Source of the DNA: Patescibacteria group bacterium
Lineage (GTDB): Bacteria > Patescibacteriota > Gracilibacteria > JAHISY01
DNA length: 43,395 nucleotides
NCBI GenBank assembly: GCA_043799575.1
Contig: JAZDNQ010000025.1
Location: 1-43,395 of the forward strand
Direction of reading: 5' to 3'
Shown here: one piece after another, positions 1-8,145 of the stretch
Layout of the letters: each line of letters begins with the position of its first letter
Numbering within the stretch: position 1 is the stretch's first letter
The notes under the pieces: model-generated
What the model was told of the DNA's origin: nothing
The model's database searches: none
Seen by the model: the letters and a program-made list of their open reading frames with translations, nothing else
Made by a program: the position numbers and the translations under genes

Positions 1-100
1 CATCCAACAATCTTGATGTTTTTGTGGCGTCTAAATCCGCACAGAAATGCTGCAAAATTTTGACCTGTTTGGATTTCGATATTTTGGCGTATTTAAGCAC
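1..100 (-). CDS. partial (N-terminus only) IS1595/IS1016-group-like transposase, runs off the left edge
   Basis: Not in the ORF track because it is at the edge. The minus-strand frame opens with GTG (100-98) directly after an in-frame TAA (103-101). It reads MLKYAKISKSKQVKILQHFCADLDATKTSRLLD... From memory this resembles the N-terminal HTH of IS1016-type transposases (K-L-S-x3-Q-x-K-L-L-E-H-F...TA...L.GV). Only 33 codons are visible. Confidence 0.35.
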   Translation of the reverse strand, partial: MLKYAKISKSKQVKILQHFCADLDATKTSRLLD

Positions 101-355
101 TTATCTAGACTAACTGATCAAGTTAGCTAGGCAAGAGCCAAAAAATATACCAATCTCGCAGGTAATCTTTTGGCGATCCACTTCGCACCTTTGCGAGAAT
201 TGTGATATGCCAACCGTTTTTTCATATTTGAAGTTTGTCCTATATAAAAACTCCGGTCGCTACATTGCAATTCGACTGCCGAAGACAAATTTCGATTAGT
301 CTTCAAGTAAAATGGCCTGCCATGAGCGAGTACCGCGACCGCGGGACGAGTCGAA

Positions 356-378
356 TGGCGGAGAGGGAGGGATTCGAA
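356..378 (-). repeat. exact 23-nt copy of the tRNA-Ser 3' end (T-loop to CCA), att-like direct repeat
   Basis: tggcggagagggagggattcgaa at 356-378 is identical to 526-548. The flanks do not fold as a tRNA: there is no T-stem partner and no acceptor 5' strand. Confidence 0.9.
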
Positions 379-491
379 GCTGGCTCACAGTTCCGTGAAA
401 TTCGAAGTTGGTCAGCGGCGCGCGCCGGAAAAATTGTCGCAAAATCGATTCACGAACTTTCGAGATTTCTCACCATCCCCGCCCGACCAGC

Positions 492-517
492 AAAAACCTC
501 CCACCTGCCGGTGGGAG
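492..517 (-). terminator. intrinsic terminator downstream of tRNA-Ser
   Basis: On the minus strand, CTCCCACC-ggca-GGTGGGAG (498-517) is followed by a T5 run (plus-strand A-run 492-496). Confidence 0.7.
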
Positions 518-525
518 AACTTTGC

Positions 526-620
526 TGGCGGAGAGGGAGGGATTCGAACCCTCGCGCGAGGTAGACCCCCGCCTACAGCTTTAGCAAAGCCGCCCCTTAA
601 GCCAACTTGGGTACCTCTCC
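526..620 (-). tRNA. tRNA-Ser (anticodon GCU), class II with long variable arm, CCA encoded
   Basis: Hand fold: acceptor GGAGAGG/CCTCTCC, T-arm GAGGG-TTCGAAT-CCCTC, anticodon stem CGGCT/AGCTG with loop TTGCTAA, 22-nt variable region, discriminator G, CCA. Confidence 0.9.
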
Positions 621-657
621 GTTTGCCAGGCCGAAGCCAACGGATTTTGCCGAACAA

Positions 658-924
658 TTAACGATTGCGCAATTCGCGAATTTTAGCGACCAGAATTTCT
701 TTCTCGACGATTCCATGCATCCGCTCAATTTCGGCGCCGTTTTTGTCGAGAAAAATAAACTCAGGAATGTCGCGGGTTTTCCACTTTTTCGCGATCTCCG
801 GATTTTCGTCAACATCGAAAAACTCGGTCTCGACCCAGGGATTTTCTTTTTCGATTTCGCCCCAGCGCGGCTTCATCACGATGCAGCCGATACAGCCAAG
901 CGAACCGAATTTGAGGACTTTCAT
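658..924 (-). CDS. small thioredoxin/glutaredoxin-like protein (CxxC = CIGC)
   Basis: 88 aa. It has an N-terminal beta-strand then GCIGC, and size and layout typical of the thioredoxin fold. Its ATG overlaps the upstream stop (ATGA at 921-924). Confidence 0.7.
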   Translation of the reverse strand: MKVLKFGSLGCIGCIVMKPRWGEIEKENPWVETEFFDVDENPEIAKKWKTRDIPEFIFLDKNGAEIERMHGIVEKEILVAKIRELRNR

Positions 925-1586
925 TTTTTGGAACTAAAACTCGTGAAAATTTTAGAAACAATTTGGTCGAGGTTCAAATTCTTTTGGTCGGCAGTGCACT
1001 GCGACATTTTCGGCTCGGGATAATTCGGACACTGCGGCTCGCGAATCGAGAAATCGAGGATCAAAATTTTATCGCCGGATTTTTCCGAAAAATGGAAATT
1101 TGAATAAATGCTCCCTGCTGCACCCTCGCTCGTTTCAAGCCGGCAAAGTTCTTGCGCGCCGACGACGCGAATCTCGCCAGCGCACACAAAAACGCCGTCT
1201 TTTGAGTCTACGACCGGCGGCCAATCGACTGGGGTTATGAATTCCGAACCGAAGTCGGCGGGATATTTGAACGAAAAATTCGCGTCAGAAAAAGTTTGCC
1301 AGTCGGCGGGAATCTCGACCGGCGCGTCGCCGCAAGCGTATTGGCAACTCGAATCGTATTTGCAGTGATATCCGCAAAAATATTCCGCGCCAGCCTGATC
1401 CGCCGCTTTTGCGTCCGCCCAGTTTTGACAAGCTTTTTGATCCGCGAATTCTTGAACCTCACAATTTGCTGGACCGACTGTGGGCGCGCCTTCGGGATAA
1501 TAAAACCCAACCCAGTTTTCAGCTGTTTTTTGACAACCTGAGAAAATGATCCCGGCAGCCAGCGCGACAAAAATTATTTTTTTCAT
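921..1586 (-). CDS. lipoprotein of unknown function with Cys-rich N-terminal module
   Basis: Signal peptide plus lipobox MKKIIFVALAAGIIFSGC. There are 8 Cys in the first ~65 mature residues and further Cys later. No family recognised. Confidence 0.6.
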   Translation of the reverse strand: MKKIIFVALAAGIIFSGCQKTAENWVGFYYPEGAPTVGPANCEVQEFADQKACQNWADAKAADQAGAEYFCGYHCKYDSSCQYACGDAPVEIPADWQTFSDANFSFKYPADFGSEFITPVDWPPVVDSKDGVFVCAGEIRVVGAQELCRLETSEGAAGSIYSNFHFSEKSGDKILILDFSIREPQCPNYPEPKMSQCTADQKNLNLDQIVSKIFTSFSSKK

Positions 1587-1612
1587 GCGTCCAACTTAAC
1601 CTTTTAAATAGC

Positions 1613-2776
1613 TTATTTCAAATTGTTTTTGAATTTGGAAATCTGCTCAATCAGCAAAGTATTCGCTGCGAGAATAATGATAAAAATCAAAATCAAAGAA
1701 TTACCTCCCAAAAAAATACCGCCCATGATCGCGACGATCGCCGCGCCGAGCGTCGTCACGATATTGTCCATCGCGACGCCGACGATCGCGTCCCCGATCC
1801 GACCGCGCGGATTGACTGAAAAATTGTGGACGACGACCATTTCGCCGAAACAGCCAATCAAGCCGGCGGCCACGCCAGTCACGACAAAAGGAATACCAAA
1901 CAAATCGGAAAAAACTTCCATCGCCTTGACCATACTTTCCGCCGCAAAAAGAATCGCGACGCCGGACAAAATCAGGTCGAACCAAATCCGCCAAGTCCGA
2001 CTTTTCAAATAAAATTTGCCTTCTTCCAAGGCTTCAACCGCGTGCGAAAGCGGACGACTGCTGCGCCGGAAATAAAAAATCACGACAACACACAGCACGA
2101 AAATCACGAGACCAACCGGCTGGATTAATTGATAAAGATCACCTTGGAAATGCAGCGCCTGATTCTCGACTTTGCCGAAGATAACCATGCTGATCGCGCA
2201 CAGCGCAGTGAGTACGGTGAGCGCCGTCAAAATGCGAATCGCGTTGTCCATCTCGGCGCGGACGGGTTTGCGTTTGTGTCGCCTGATTGGCTGCAGCATC
2301 CCGCCAAAATCAAAAGGCGGAAACATCTGCACAATTTTGTTTTTCGAGTCGGCCAAATTTTGACGCAAAATGCACCACGTCGCGTGCAAAATATTGTAAA
2401 TATTGGAGCCGAAAGTCGTCGACGCCGCGATGATCGCGAGATTGACTGAGCGCGCGTAATCCAAATCACGGACCTGCAGCGAAATCGCTGCCGCCACGAC
2501 CCCGATGACCATGTCTGGGAAAGCCGTTCCGAAAGCCTGCAAAAGTCCACCCGCAAGTCGCGTCCGATCTTGCAAAACATCTGTCGTCTCTTCGATCACT
2601 TTCGCCGTGCCGCGAAAAACGTAACCGATGCCAATTCCAAAAATCAAAATAATCCCGATCAACTGCAGCCACCAAACTTTTTCTGGGAGCAAGATTTCAT
2701 TGACAATCAAAAAACGCAAAGCCAAGGCCAGAGTCAGATAGCTTAGGATTTTCAGCAATTGAACTGGGTTTTTCAT
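1613..2776 (-). CDS. CaCA-superfamily (Na+/Ca2+ exchanger, YrbG-like) membrane protein
   Basis: 387 aa and polytopic. It has two alpha-repeat-like motifs: [14 protein letters not shown]...FGSNIYNIL, and CFGEMVVV...[12 protein letters not shown]. Confidence 0.6.
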   Translation of the reverse strand: MKNPVQLLKILSYLTLALALRFLIVNEILLPEKVWWLQLIGIILIFGIGIGYVFRGTAKVIEETTDVLQDRTRLAGGLLQAFGTAFPDMVIGVVAAAISLQVRDLDYARSVNLAIIAASTTFGSNIYNILHATWCILRQNLADSKNKIVQMFPPFDFGGMLQPIRRHKRKPVRAEMDNAIRILTALTVLTALCAISMVIFGKVENQALHFQGDLYQLIQPVGLVIFVLCVVVIFYFRRSSRPLSHAVEALEEGKFYLKSRTWRIWFDLILSGVAILFAAESMVKAMEVFSDLFGIPFVVTGVAAGLIGCFGEMVVVHNFSVNPRGRIGDAIVGVAMDNIVTTLGAAIVAIMGGIFLGGNSLILIFIIILAANTLLIEQISKFKNNLK

Positions 2777-2819
2777 ATTCTATTTTGGCGCAGCCAGCCG
2801 AAGCCCGAAGGGCGAAGGC

Positions 2820-2895
2820 TGGTGGAGCTGAGGGGGATCGAACCCCTGACCTCACGATTGCGAACCGTGCGCTCTACCAACTGAGCTACAGCCCC
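2820..2895 (-). tRNA. tRNA-Ala (anticodon CGC), CCA encoded
   Basis: Hand fold: GGGGCTG acceptor with a G3:U70 pair, D-arm GCTC-AGTTGGTA-GAGC, anticodon loop TTCGCAA, T-arm AGGGG-TTCGATC-CCCCT. 76 nt. Confidence 0.92.
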
Positions 2896-2989
2896 ATTGC
2901 AGTTTTTAGTTTAGAGTTTTGAGCGGCGAGATTTTAGAACGAAATTTCAATTTTGAAAACCAAATGGCTTGCAGCTCAATCGACTATTT

Positions 2990-3036
2990 TTCGGTGCGAG
3001 AAAAAAACTTTTTTGAGATTCAATCTTCGCACCGAA
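2990..3036. repeat. long inverted repeat / hairpin in the divergent intergenic region
   Basis: TTCGGTGCGA (2990-2999) pairs perfectly with TCGCACCGAA (3027-3036). The loop contains A7-C-T6. There is no flanking T-run, so it is not a classical terminator. Confidence 0.6.
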
Positions 3037-3098
3037 TTCAAATCACCGCCCGCCTCTCCGGCAAATTTTGATAATATGCTCCACTCTAATTTTTTGAA

Positions 3099-3605
3099 AT
3101 GCGCGACTGTCCCAGCAAAATATCCGGAACTGAAAGAATTGGTTTTGGTCCTTTAGCTAAAAATATCAGCAGAATCATAATGGACAAAGCGAATGAACTT
3201 AGGTCCGAATTTTATGGCCTAAATGAAATTCCCCGGACAATCGTGGATGAAATCATCCAAAAACTTTTAAGCTGTTTTGTCAGAAACTTCGAAATAAGTA
3301 GAACATTAAACGACAGATCTATCCCAAAAATTTCTTTGGCGTTTGAATGTTTAATTGACTGGGAAAGCTTGGCAGTGATTTTAGTAAACGCTTTTAATGA
3401 ATATGGAGACCAATCTCCGAAGAATATGGAAGCGCTTTTGCAGCAACGCGAAGATTTTTTAGATTGGTGGAGAGAAACAACTTTTCTTTTTTCCGATAAC
3501 CCAAGCGAAAACCCTAGAGATGAAAAGTTTATCGATTCGCACAACAGGCTAGAAAAAATAAAGGCATTAATGCTTCAAGAAATCAATCGTGTTTTGGCAG
3601 AATAA
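3099..3605 (+). CDS. hypothetical protein (AT-rich orphan); true start possibly ATG 3180
   Basis: 168-aa ORF, predicted helical, no recognised motif. G+C is 19/60 by hand count over 3301-3360. Confidence 0.5.
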   Translation: MRDCPSKISGTERIGFGPLAKNISRIIMDKANELRSEFYGLNEIPRTIVDEIIQKLLSCFVRNFEISRTLNDRSIPKISLAFECLIDWESLAVILVNAFNEYGDQSPKNMEALLQQREDFLDWWRETTFLFSDNPSENPRDEKFIDSHNRLEKIKALMLQEINRVLAE

Positions 3606-3619
3606 AATCCTGATAATTT

Positions 3620-4777
3620 TCAAACCACTTTTCGCAAAATATTTTCGCGAATCCGCGTCGTGATTTCGTAATTAATCGTCCCACCCCACTCCCCGATCTC
3701 CTCGGCTGTAATTTCTTCGTCGCCGGATTTTCCGAGCAAAACAACCTCGTCTTCGATTTTCAAATTTGGAATCGCGGTGACATCGACCATAAAAATATTC
3801 ATGCAAATGCGGCCGATGATTTTCGCGCGCTGTCCGGCGATCAAAACCGCACCCGATTCGGCGTAATTGCGTGCGTAGCCGTCATAATAGCCGACCGGAA
3901 TAATTGCAATTCGCGTTTCTTTTTCTGCGATGAATGCACGACCGTAACCGACCGACTCGCCTTTTTGAATCGTTTTAATTTGTGCAATGCGCGTTTTCCA
4001 AGTCAGCGCTGGCTGCAAAACAATTTTCTTTTTGCGGTTCTCGACGAGCGAAACGAAAGTCTCCTCGCTCGGCCACAGACCGTAATTCGCGATTCCGGTG
4101 CGGCAAATTTCGAAATGCGTCGCGTCCCAGAGTAAAGTCGCAGCCGAATTCGCGGCGTGAAATTTCAAATTCGGAAAACCGAGCTTTGCGATTTCGCTGC
4201 GAATTTTTTGGAACTCGGCGAGCTGCTGCTTGGCAAATTCGTGGCTCGTCGTGTCCTCGATATCGGCGAAATGCATCGCAACGCCGATCAATTCAACTTT
4301 TTTCAAAGACTTAATTTTCTCGATAAATTTGGGGATTTCTGGCAATTGAATCCCCTGCCGATTCGTCCCGGTCTCCACTTTGAGATGAATCTTCGCGGCT
4401 AAATTTAATTTCTCTAGCGCGACCAAAGTTTCGAAATTGTAAACGACGAACTCTGCGTCTGCGGCAACGGCGTTTTTGAGTTCGGACTCCGGAGTGAATC
4501 CGGCGATGTAAATTTTGCCGGTGTCTCCTGCAGCGCGAATTTTTTCAGCTTCGAAAATCGAATTGACTGCCAAATATTCGGCCCCGGCTTGGCGAAAAAT
4601 CTCGGCGCAAATCTCGAGTCCGTGGCCGTACGCGTTCGACTTCACCATCGGCGCGAGTTCAATTTTTGCCACCTGTTCTGAGCTTGTCGAAGAAACAATT
4701 TCGCGGAAAACCTGGAAATTGTGGCGCAAAGCGGATTGCGAGATTTCGACCCAAATCAAGGGATTGTCGCTAGACAT
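3620..4777 (-). CDS. alr: alanine racemase
   Basis: PLP-lysine motif MVKSNAYGHG. Also has the C-terminal ...GYGR...PVGYYDGY...ICMN... pattern. 385 aa. Confidence 0.92.
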   Translation of the reverse strand: MSSDNPLIWVEISQSALRHNFQVFREIVSSTSSEQVAKIELAPMVKSNAYGHGLEICAEIFRQAGAEYLAVNSIFEAEKIRAAGDTGKIYIAGFTPESELKNAVAADAEFVVYNFETLVALEKLNLAAKIHLKVETGTNRQGIQLPEIPKFIEKIKSLKKVELIGVAMHFADIEDTTSHEFAKQQLAEFQKIRSEIAKLGFPNLKFHAANSAATLLWDATHFEICRTGIANYGLWPSEETFVSLVENRKKKIVLQPALTWKTRIAQIKTIQKGESVGYGRAFIAEKETRIAIIPVGYYDGYARNYAESGAVLIAGQRAKIIGRICMNIFMVDVTAIPNLKIEDEVVLLGKSGDEEITAEEIGEWGGTINYEITTRIRENILRKVV

Positions 4778-4841
4778 TTCGATGATTTTAGCATTTCAAA
4801 ATTTTGATTTTTAGTTAAAAATATTTCATAATTGAGAGTCA

Positions 4842-5120
4842 ATGGCCAATAAGAGAATTAATCTCGCACGCAGACTTGTTAATAATTTTAATTTAATTGA
4901 AAATCCTAACCACGAGCAACTCAAGGAAGAACTCAGGGCACTAATTCAAGAGTGTCTTATGCGGGAATACACTTTGGAGTGGGTTAGATCTCAATGGAAT
5001 AAAGCCTTAAATACTGTGATTGATTGGGTCGACAAAGGTAAAAAAAGAGAAACTCGTACTAGGTTGAATGAATTGTTTAACTCCGCACTTGCAAGTGAGC
5101 GAGAAAAACTCGCGGCTTGA
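4842..5120 (+). CDS. hypothetical small helical protein directly upstream of dnaK
   Basis: 92-aa ORF on the same strand as dnaK, 83 nt upstream of the dnaK ATG. No family recognised. Confidence 0.45.
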   Translation: MANKRINLARRLVNNFNLIENPNHEQLKEELRALIQECLMREYTLEWVRSQWNKALNTVIDWVDKGKKRETRTRLNELFNSALASEREKLAA

Positions 5121-5203
5121 TTTTTTTTCAAAAAAGAATACAATTCTCGGTGCGATTCGTTGCCGAATTATTCGACGTTTCGCACAAATTTAACTCTAAA
5201 AAT

Positions 5204-7114
5204 ATGCCTTATATCCTTGGAATCGACCTCGGAACGACCAACTCCTGCATGGCCGTGATGCAAGCCGGCAAGCCGGAAGTGCTCGAAAACGCCGAGGGCA
5301 ATCGCACCACTCCGTCCGTCGTCGCGGTGAAGAACGACAATCGCCTCGTCGGCACACCGGCGAAAAATCAAGCGACGATCAATCCGGAAAACACTATTTT
5401 TTCCGCGAAAAGATTCATCGGCCGACAGTTCGACGAAGTCAGCAAGGAGATTTCGGAAATGCCTTTCAAAATTGTGGCTGGCACGAAAGGCGAATGCGAA
5501 ATCGTGCTTGGCGGCAAAAATTTGCGCCCGGCTGAGATCGCGGCGATGGTGCTCGGCAAAATGAAAGCCGACGCGGAAGCGAAACTCGGCGAAAAAATTA
5601 CCGAGGCGGTCATCACCGTCCCGGCTTATTTCAATGATTCGCAGCGCAGCGCGACGAAAGATGCCGGCCGCATCGCGGGCCTCGATGTGAAAAGAATTAT
5701 CAACGAACCAACCGCAGCCGCGATCGCGTACGGTCTCGACAAAAAACTGGGGAAAGATCAAAAAATCGCGGTTTACGATCTCGGCGGCGGAACATTCGAT
5801 GTCTCGATTTTGGAAATCGCCGACGTCGACGGCCAAAAACAATTCGAAGTCATCTCGACGAACGGAGACACTCACCTCGGCGGAGACGATTTCGATCAGA
5901 AAATTATTGAGTTCCTCGTTGCGGAATTCAAAAAATCGGATGGCATCGATGTTCGCGAAGACAAACTCGCGCTGCAGCGCTTGAAAGAAGCGGCGGAAAA
6001 AGCGAAAAAAGAGCTTTCCACCGCGACCGAGACCGAAATCAATTTGCCATTTTTGACCGCGGACGCGTCCGGCCCGAAACATTTCAATCTGAAGCTCAGC
6101 CGCGCGAAACTCGAAGCTTTGGTCGGAGATTTGGTCGAAAGAACTGTCGAACCGTGCAAAAAAGCTTTGAAAGACGCGAAACTTTCGGCGAACGAAATCG
6201 ACGCGGTGATCTTGGTCGGCGGAATGACGCGGATGCCCGCGGTCGTCGCGAAAGTGAAAGAACTTTTTGGCAAAGAGCCGATGAAAGATGTGAATCCGGA
6301 CGAAGCGGTCGCGATCGGCGCGGCGGTCCAGGGCGGCATTTTGCGCGGCGATGTGAAAGATGTTTTGCTGCTCGATGTCACACCACTCACTCTCGGTATC
6401 GAAACACTCGGCGGAGTACGCACGCCGCTCATCGAAAGGAATTCGACAATTCCAACTTCAAAAAGCCAAGTTTTTTCAACCGCGGCGGACAATCAACCAA
6501 GTGTCGAAATTCATGTTTTGCAGGGTGAACGCGAAATGGCAACCGACAACAAATCGCTCGGGCGATTCATCCTCGACGGAATCCCGCCCGCCCCGCGCGG
6601 CGTCCCGCAAATCGAGGTTTCTTTCGATATTGATGCGAGCGGCATCTTGGCTGTCTCAGCCAAGGATAAAGGCACTGGCAAAGAACAGAAAATTACGATT
6701 CAAGGCTCAAGCGGCTTGTCAGATGAGGAGATCGAGAAAATGAGGAAAGAAGCCGAGGCGCATGCCGAGGAGGATAAAAAGAAAAAAGAGGCCGCTTCGA
6801 TCGTAAATGAAGCCGATGCCTTGGTTTATTCGACGGAGAAAACTCTCAAAGAGCACGAATCGAAAATCGCCGAAGCCGACGCAAAAACAATCAAAGAAAA
6901 ATTGGAGGCGCTGAAAAATGCTTTGGGAGACAAAGATTTGGATCGAGAGAAAATCAAAGCCGCGATGGAGGAACTTTCGAAAGTCGCCCAAGCCGCCTTC
7001 GCGAAATTGTACGAACAACAAGCGACGCAATCGACCGATGATGTCAAAGTCGAAGACAAGAATAAAAAAGACGGCGACGAGACGGTCGAGGGCGAAGTCG
7101 TGGATGAGAAATAA
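5204..7114 (+). CDS. dnaK: molecular chaperone DnaK (Hsp70)
   Basis: [15 protein letters not shown]..., [22 protein letters not shown]-terminal acidic tail. The track ORF starts at 5117, but conserved alignment begins at ATG 5204. Confidence 0.97.
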   Translation: MPYILGIDLGTTNSCMAVMQAGKPEVLENAEGNRTTPSVVAVKNDNRLVGTPAKNQATINPENTIFSAKRFIGRQFDEVSKEISEMPFKIVAGTKGECEIVLGGKNLRPAEIAAMVLGKMKADAEAKLGEKITEAVITVPAYFNDSQRSATKDAGRIAGLDVKRIINEPTAAAIAYGLDKKLGKDQKIAVYDLGGGTFDVSILEIADVDGQKQFEVISTNGDTHLGGDDFDQKIIEFLVAEFKKSDGIDVREDKLALQRLKEAAEKAKKELSTATETEINLPFLTADASGPKHFNLKLSRAKLEALVGDLVERTVEPCKKALKDAKLSANEIDAVILVGGMTRMPAVVAKVKELFGKEPMKDVNPDEAVAIGAAVQGGILRGDVKDVLLLDVTPLTLGIETLGGVRTPLIERNSTIPTSKSQVFSTAADNQPSVEIHVLQGEREMATDNKSLGRFILDGIPPAPRGVPQIEVSFDIDASGILAVSAKDKGTGKEQKITIQGSSGLSDEEIEKMRKEAEAHAEEDKKKKEAASIVNEADALVYSTEKTLKEHESKIAEADAKTIKEKLEALKNALGDKDLDREKIKAAMEELSKVAQAAFAKLYEQQATQSTDDVKVEDKNKKDGDETVEGEVVDEK

Positions 7115-7142
7115 GAATAATTTGGAAAAGTTTGTCTATTTT

Positions 7143-7176
7143 GTAGAGACGTTGCACTGCAACGTCTCTACTTTTT
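7143..7176 (+). terminator. intrinsic terminator of dnaK (member of the GTAGRGA palindrome family)
   Basis: GTAGAGACGTTGCA-c-TGCAACGTCTCTAC followed by TTTTT. Confidence 0.8.
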
Positions 7177-8104
7177 AAAACCATCCTTCCTCAACTGCCT
7201 CAAGCGTGATCGAAGCTTCAATATCTTCGGAAATACCGTATTTTTCTCGTATTTCCAATTTATATTTATCCATTAATTCACGCTCTTTATCAATATTTTT
7301 TTCGAAGTTTCCCGCAACAGCCAAAGGATAAATTGTTTCGGCTTCTTCCATCCCTCTGTGCTCTGCGGCGAGCAATTCGTCAAAAATTTGACGCCTTTCT
7401 GCTTCAGAAAATCCAAATTTATCTTCCGATTTTCCACGTTGCGCTAAATATTCTTCCAAATTTTCTTTGATTTGAATTGAAGTTCTATAATTGCTACGAT
7501 CGTTTTTCTCCGCGATTTCTGGAGTTGTATTCCCCCACTTTCCCTGCAGCGCCCAAGTTGCCATGGCTACATCATAAGCTCCGTCAACCAAGTTCTCATC
7601 GCTGTAAAGAAGCAAACTAATTTCGTCAGTTTCATCATCTTGTGAAATAATTTCAGAAATTATTTCGTTAATCGTGGGCTCAACTTGATTTTCTTTTATT
7701 TCTGGAGAAACAAGAATTCGATAACTCATTCTTTTGTTTGTTGGCAAATCAGCTATTTCTTGCGAAGAAAAATCCGAAAGCGATTTATCTCCCACCGCTT
7801 TAATACTGTAGTCATCTGTTGAGACAATTTGAAAATCAACAGGATCAATTTTTCCCTCATTTACCAACTCGCTAGAAATATTTTCGTCAATAATTTGTTC
7901 ATTCAGTGATGAATTAACTTTTTGACTGTCTTCCGTCGCACCAATTAAGAAAAAGAAAACTATTGTGGACGTCCCAAAAACTTTCGCCACGCCTTTTCTG
8001 TTTGCGCGTTCTTTCAAAAATCTTTTGAAAAGTTTTGGCTTAATTAAGCCAATCGCCAAACAAATTAGCGAAAGGAAAAATAAAAATGAAAATAAATTCT
8101 GCAT
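7175..8104 (-). CDS. hypothetical membrane-anchored protein (AT-rich orphan)
   Basis: 309 aa. It has two N-terminal hydrophobic helices, then an acidic soluble domain. G+C is 17/60 over 7441-7500. Confidence 0.6.
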   Translation of the reverse strand: MQNLFSFLFFLSLICLAIGLIKPKLFKRFLKERANRKGVAKVFGTSTIVFFFLIGATEDSQKVNSSLNEQIIDENISSELVNEGKIDPVDFQIVSTDDYSIKAVGDKSLSDFSSQEIADLPTNKRMSYRILVSPEIKENQVEPTINEIISEIISQDDETDEISLLLYSDENLVDGAYDVAMATWALQGKWGNTTPEIAEKNDRSNYRTSIQIKENLEEYLAQRGKSEDKFGFSEAERRQIFDELLAAEHRGMEEAETIYPLAVAGNFEKNIDKERELMDKYKLEIREKYGISEDIEASITLEAVEEGWF

Positions 8105-8145
8105 ATTTTAATTTTAACGAAAAAGAATTTAGCCGTAAATTTTTT

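Noticed and set aside
127-225. 32-codon minus-strand ORF MKKRLAYHNSRKGAKWIAKRLPARLVYFLALA
   Set aside because: It is too short and has no recognisable motif. It could be a gene fragment, but I cannot support it.
356-450. A second tRNA (or tmRNA-like 3' end) at the duplicated fragment
   Set aside because: Only the T-loop, 3' T-stem, 3' acceptor strand and CCA are present. The would-be 5' T-stem (CCAGC) cannot pair with CCCTC. No GGAGAGG acceptor partner or anticodon arm can be found upstream.
235-661. Track ORFs 235..564 (+), 395..661 (+) and 412..657 (-) as protein genes
   Set aside because: They run straight through tRNA-Ser, its terminator and the duplicated tRNA fragment. Their sequences are Arg/Pro/Gly-rich and have no motifs.
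2991-5158. Shared motif CGGTGCGA (with AATTC nearby) in the 2990-3036 hairpin and upstream of dnaK (5148-5155) as a common operator
   Set aside because: A given 8-mer is expected about once by chance in 87 kb of two-strand sequence. The flanks match only with an indel. This is not significant without genome-wide counts.
5117-5203. N-terminal extensions of track ORFs (dnaK 5117, rfbD 19752, miaA 22926, M16 peptidase 30717)
   Set aside because: Conserved N-termini align with internal ATGs at 5204, 19842, 22998 and 31146. The extensions overlap upstream genes or intergenic DNA and look non-coding.
5121-5203. CIRCE/HrcA operator upstream of dnaK, and upstream of groES at 34402-34445
   Set aside because: No TTAGCACTC-N9-GAGTGCTAA-like inverted repeat is present. 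There is only a weak GTGCGA...TCGCAC pair upstream of dnaK.
5168-6492. Long antisense and alternative-frame ORFs inside dnaK (304 aa, 198 aa and others)
   Set aside because: They are shadow ORFs of a highly conserved gene. Their composition is Arg/Phe- or Ser-rich and they have no motifs. The same applies to 35848..36783 and 36074..36595 (groEL), 24252..24977 (murF), 28581..29126 (murG), 33295..34035 (ilvB), 31272..31907 (M16 peptidase) and 42220..42917 (purM).
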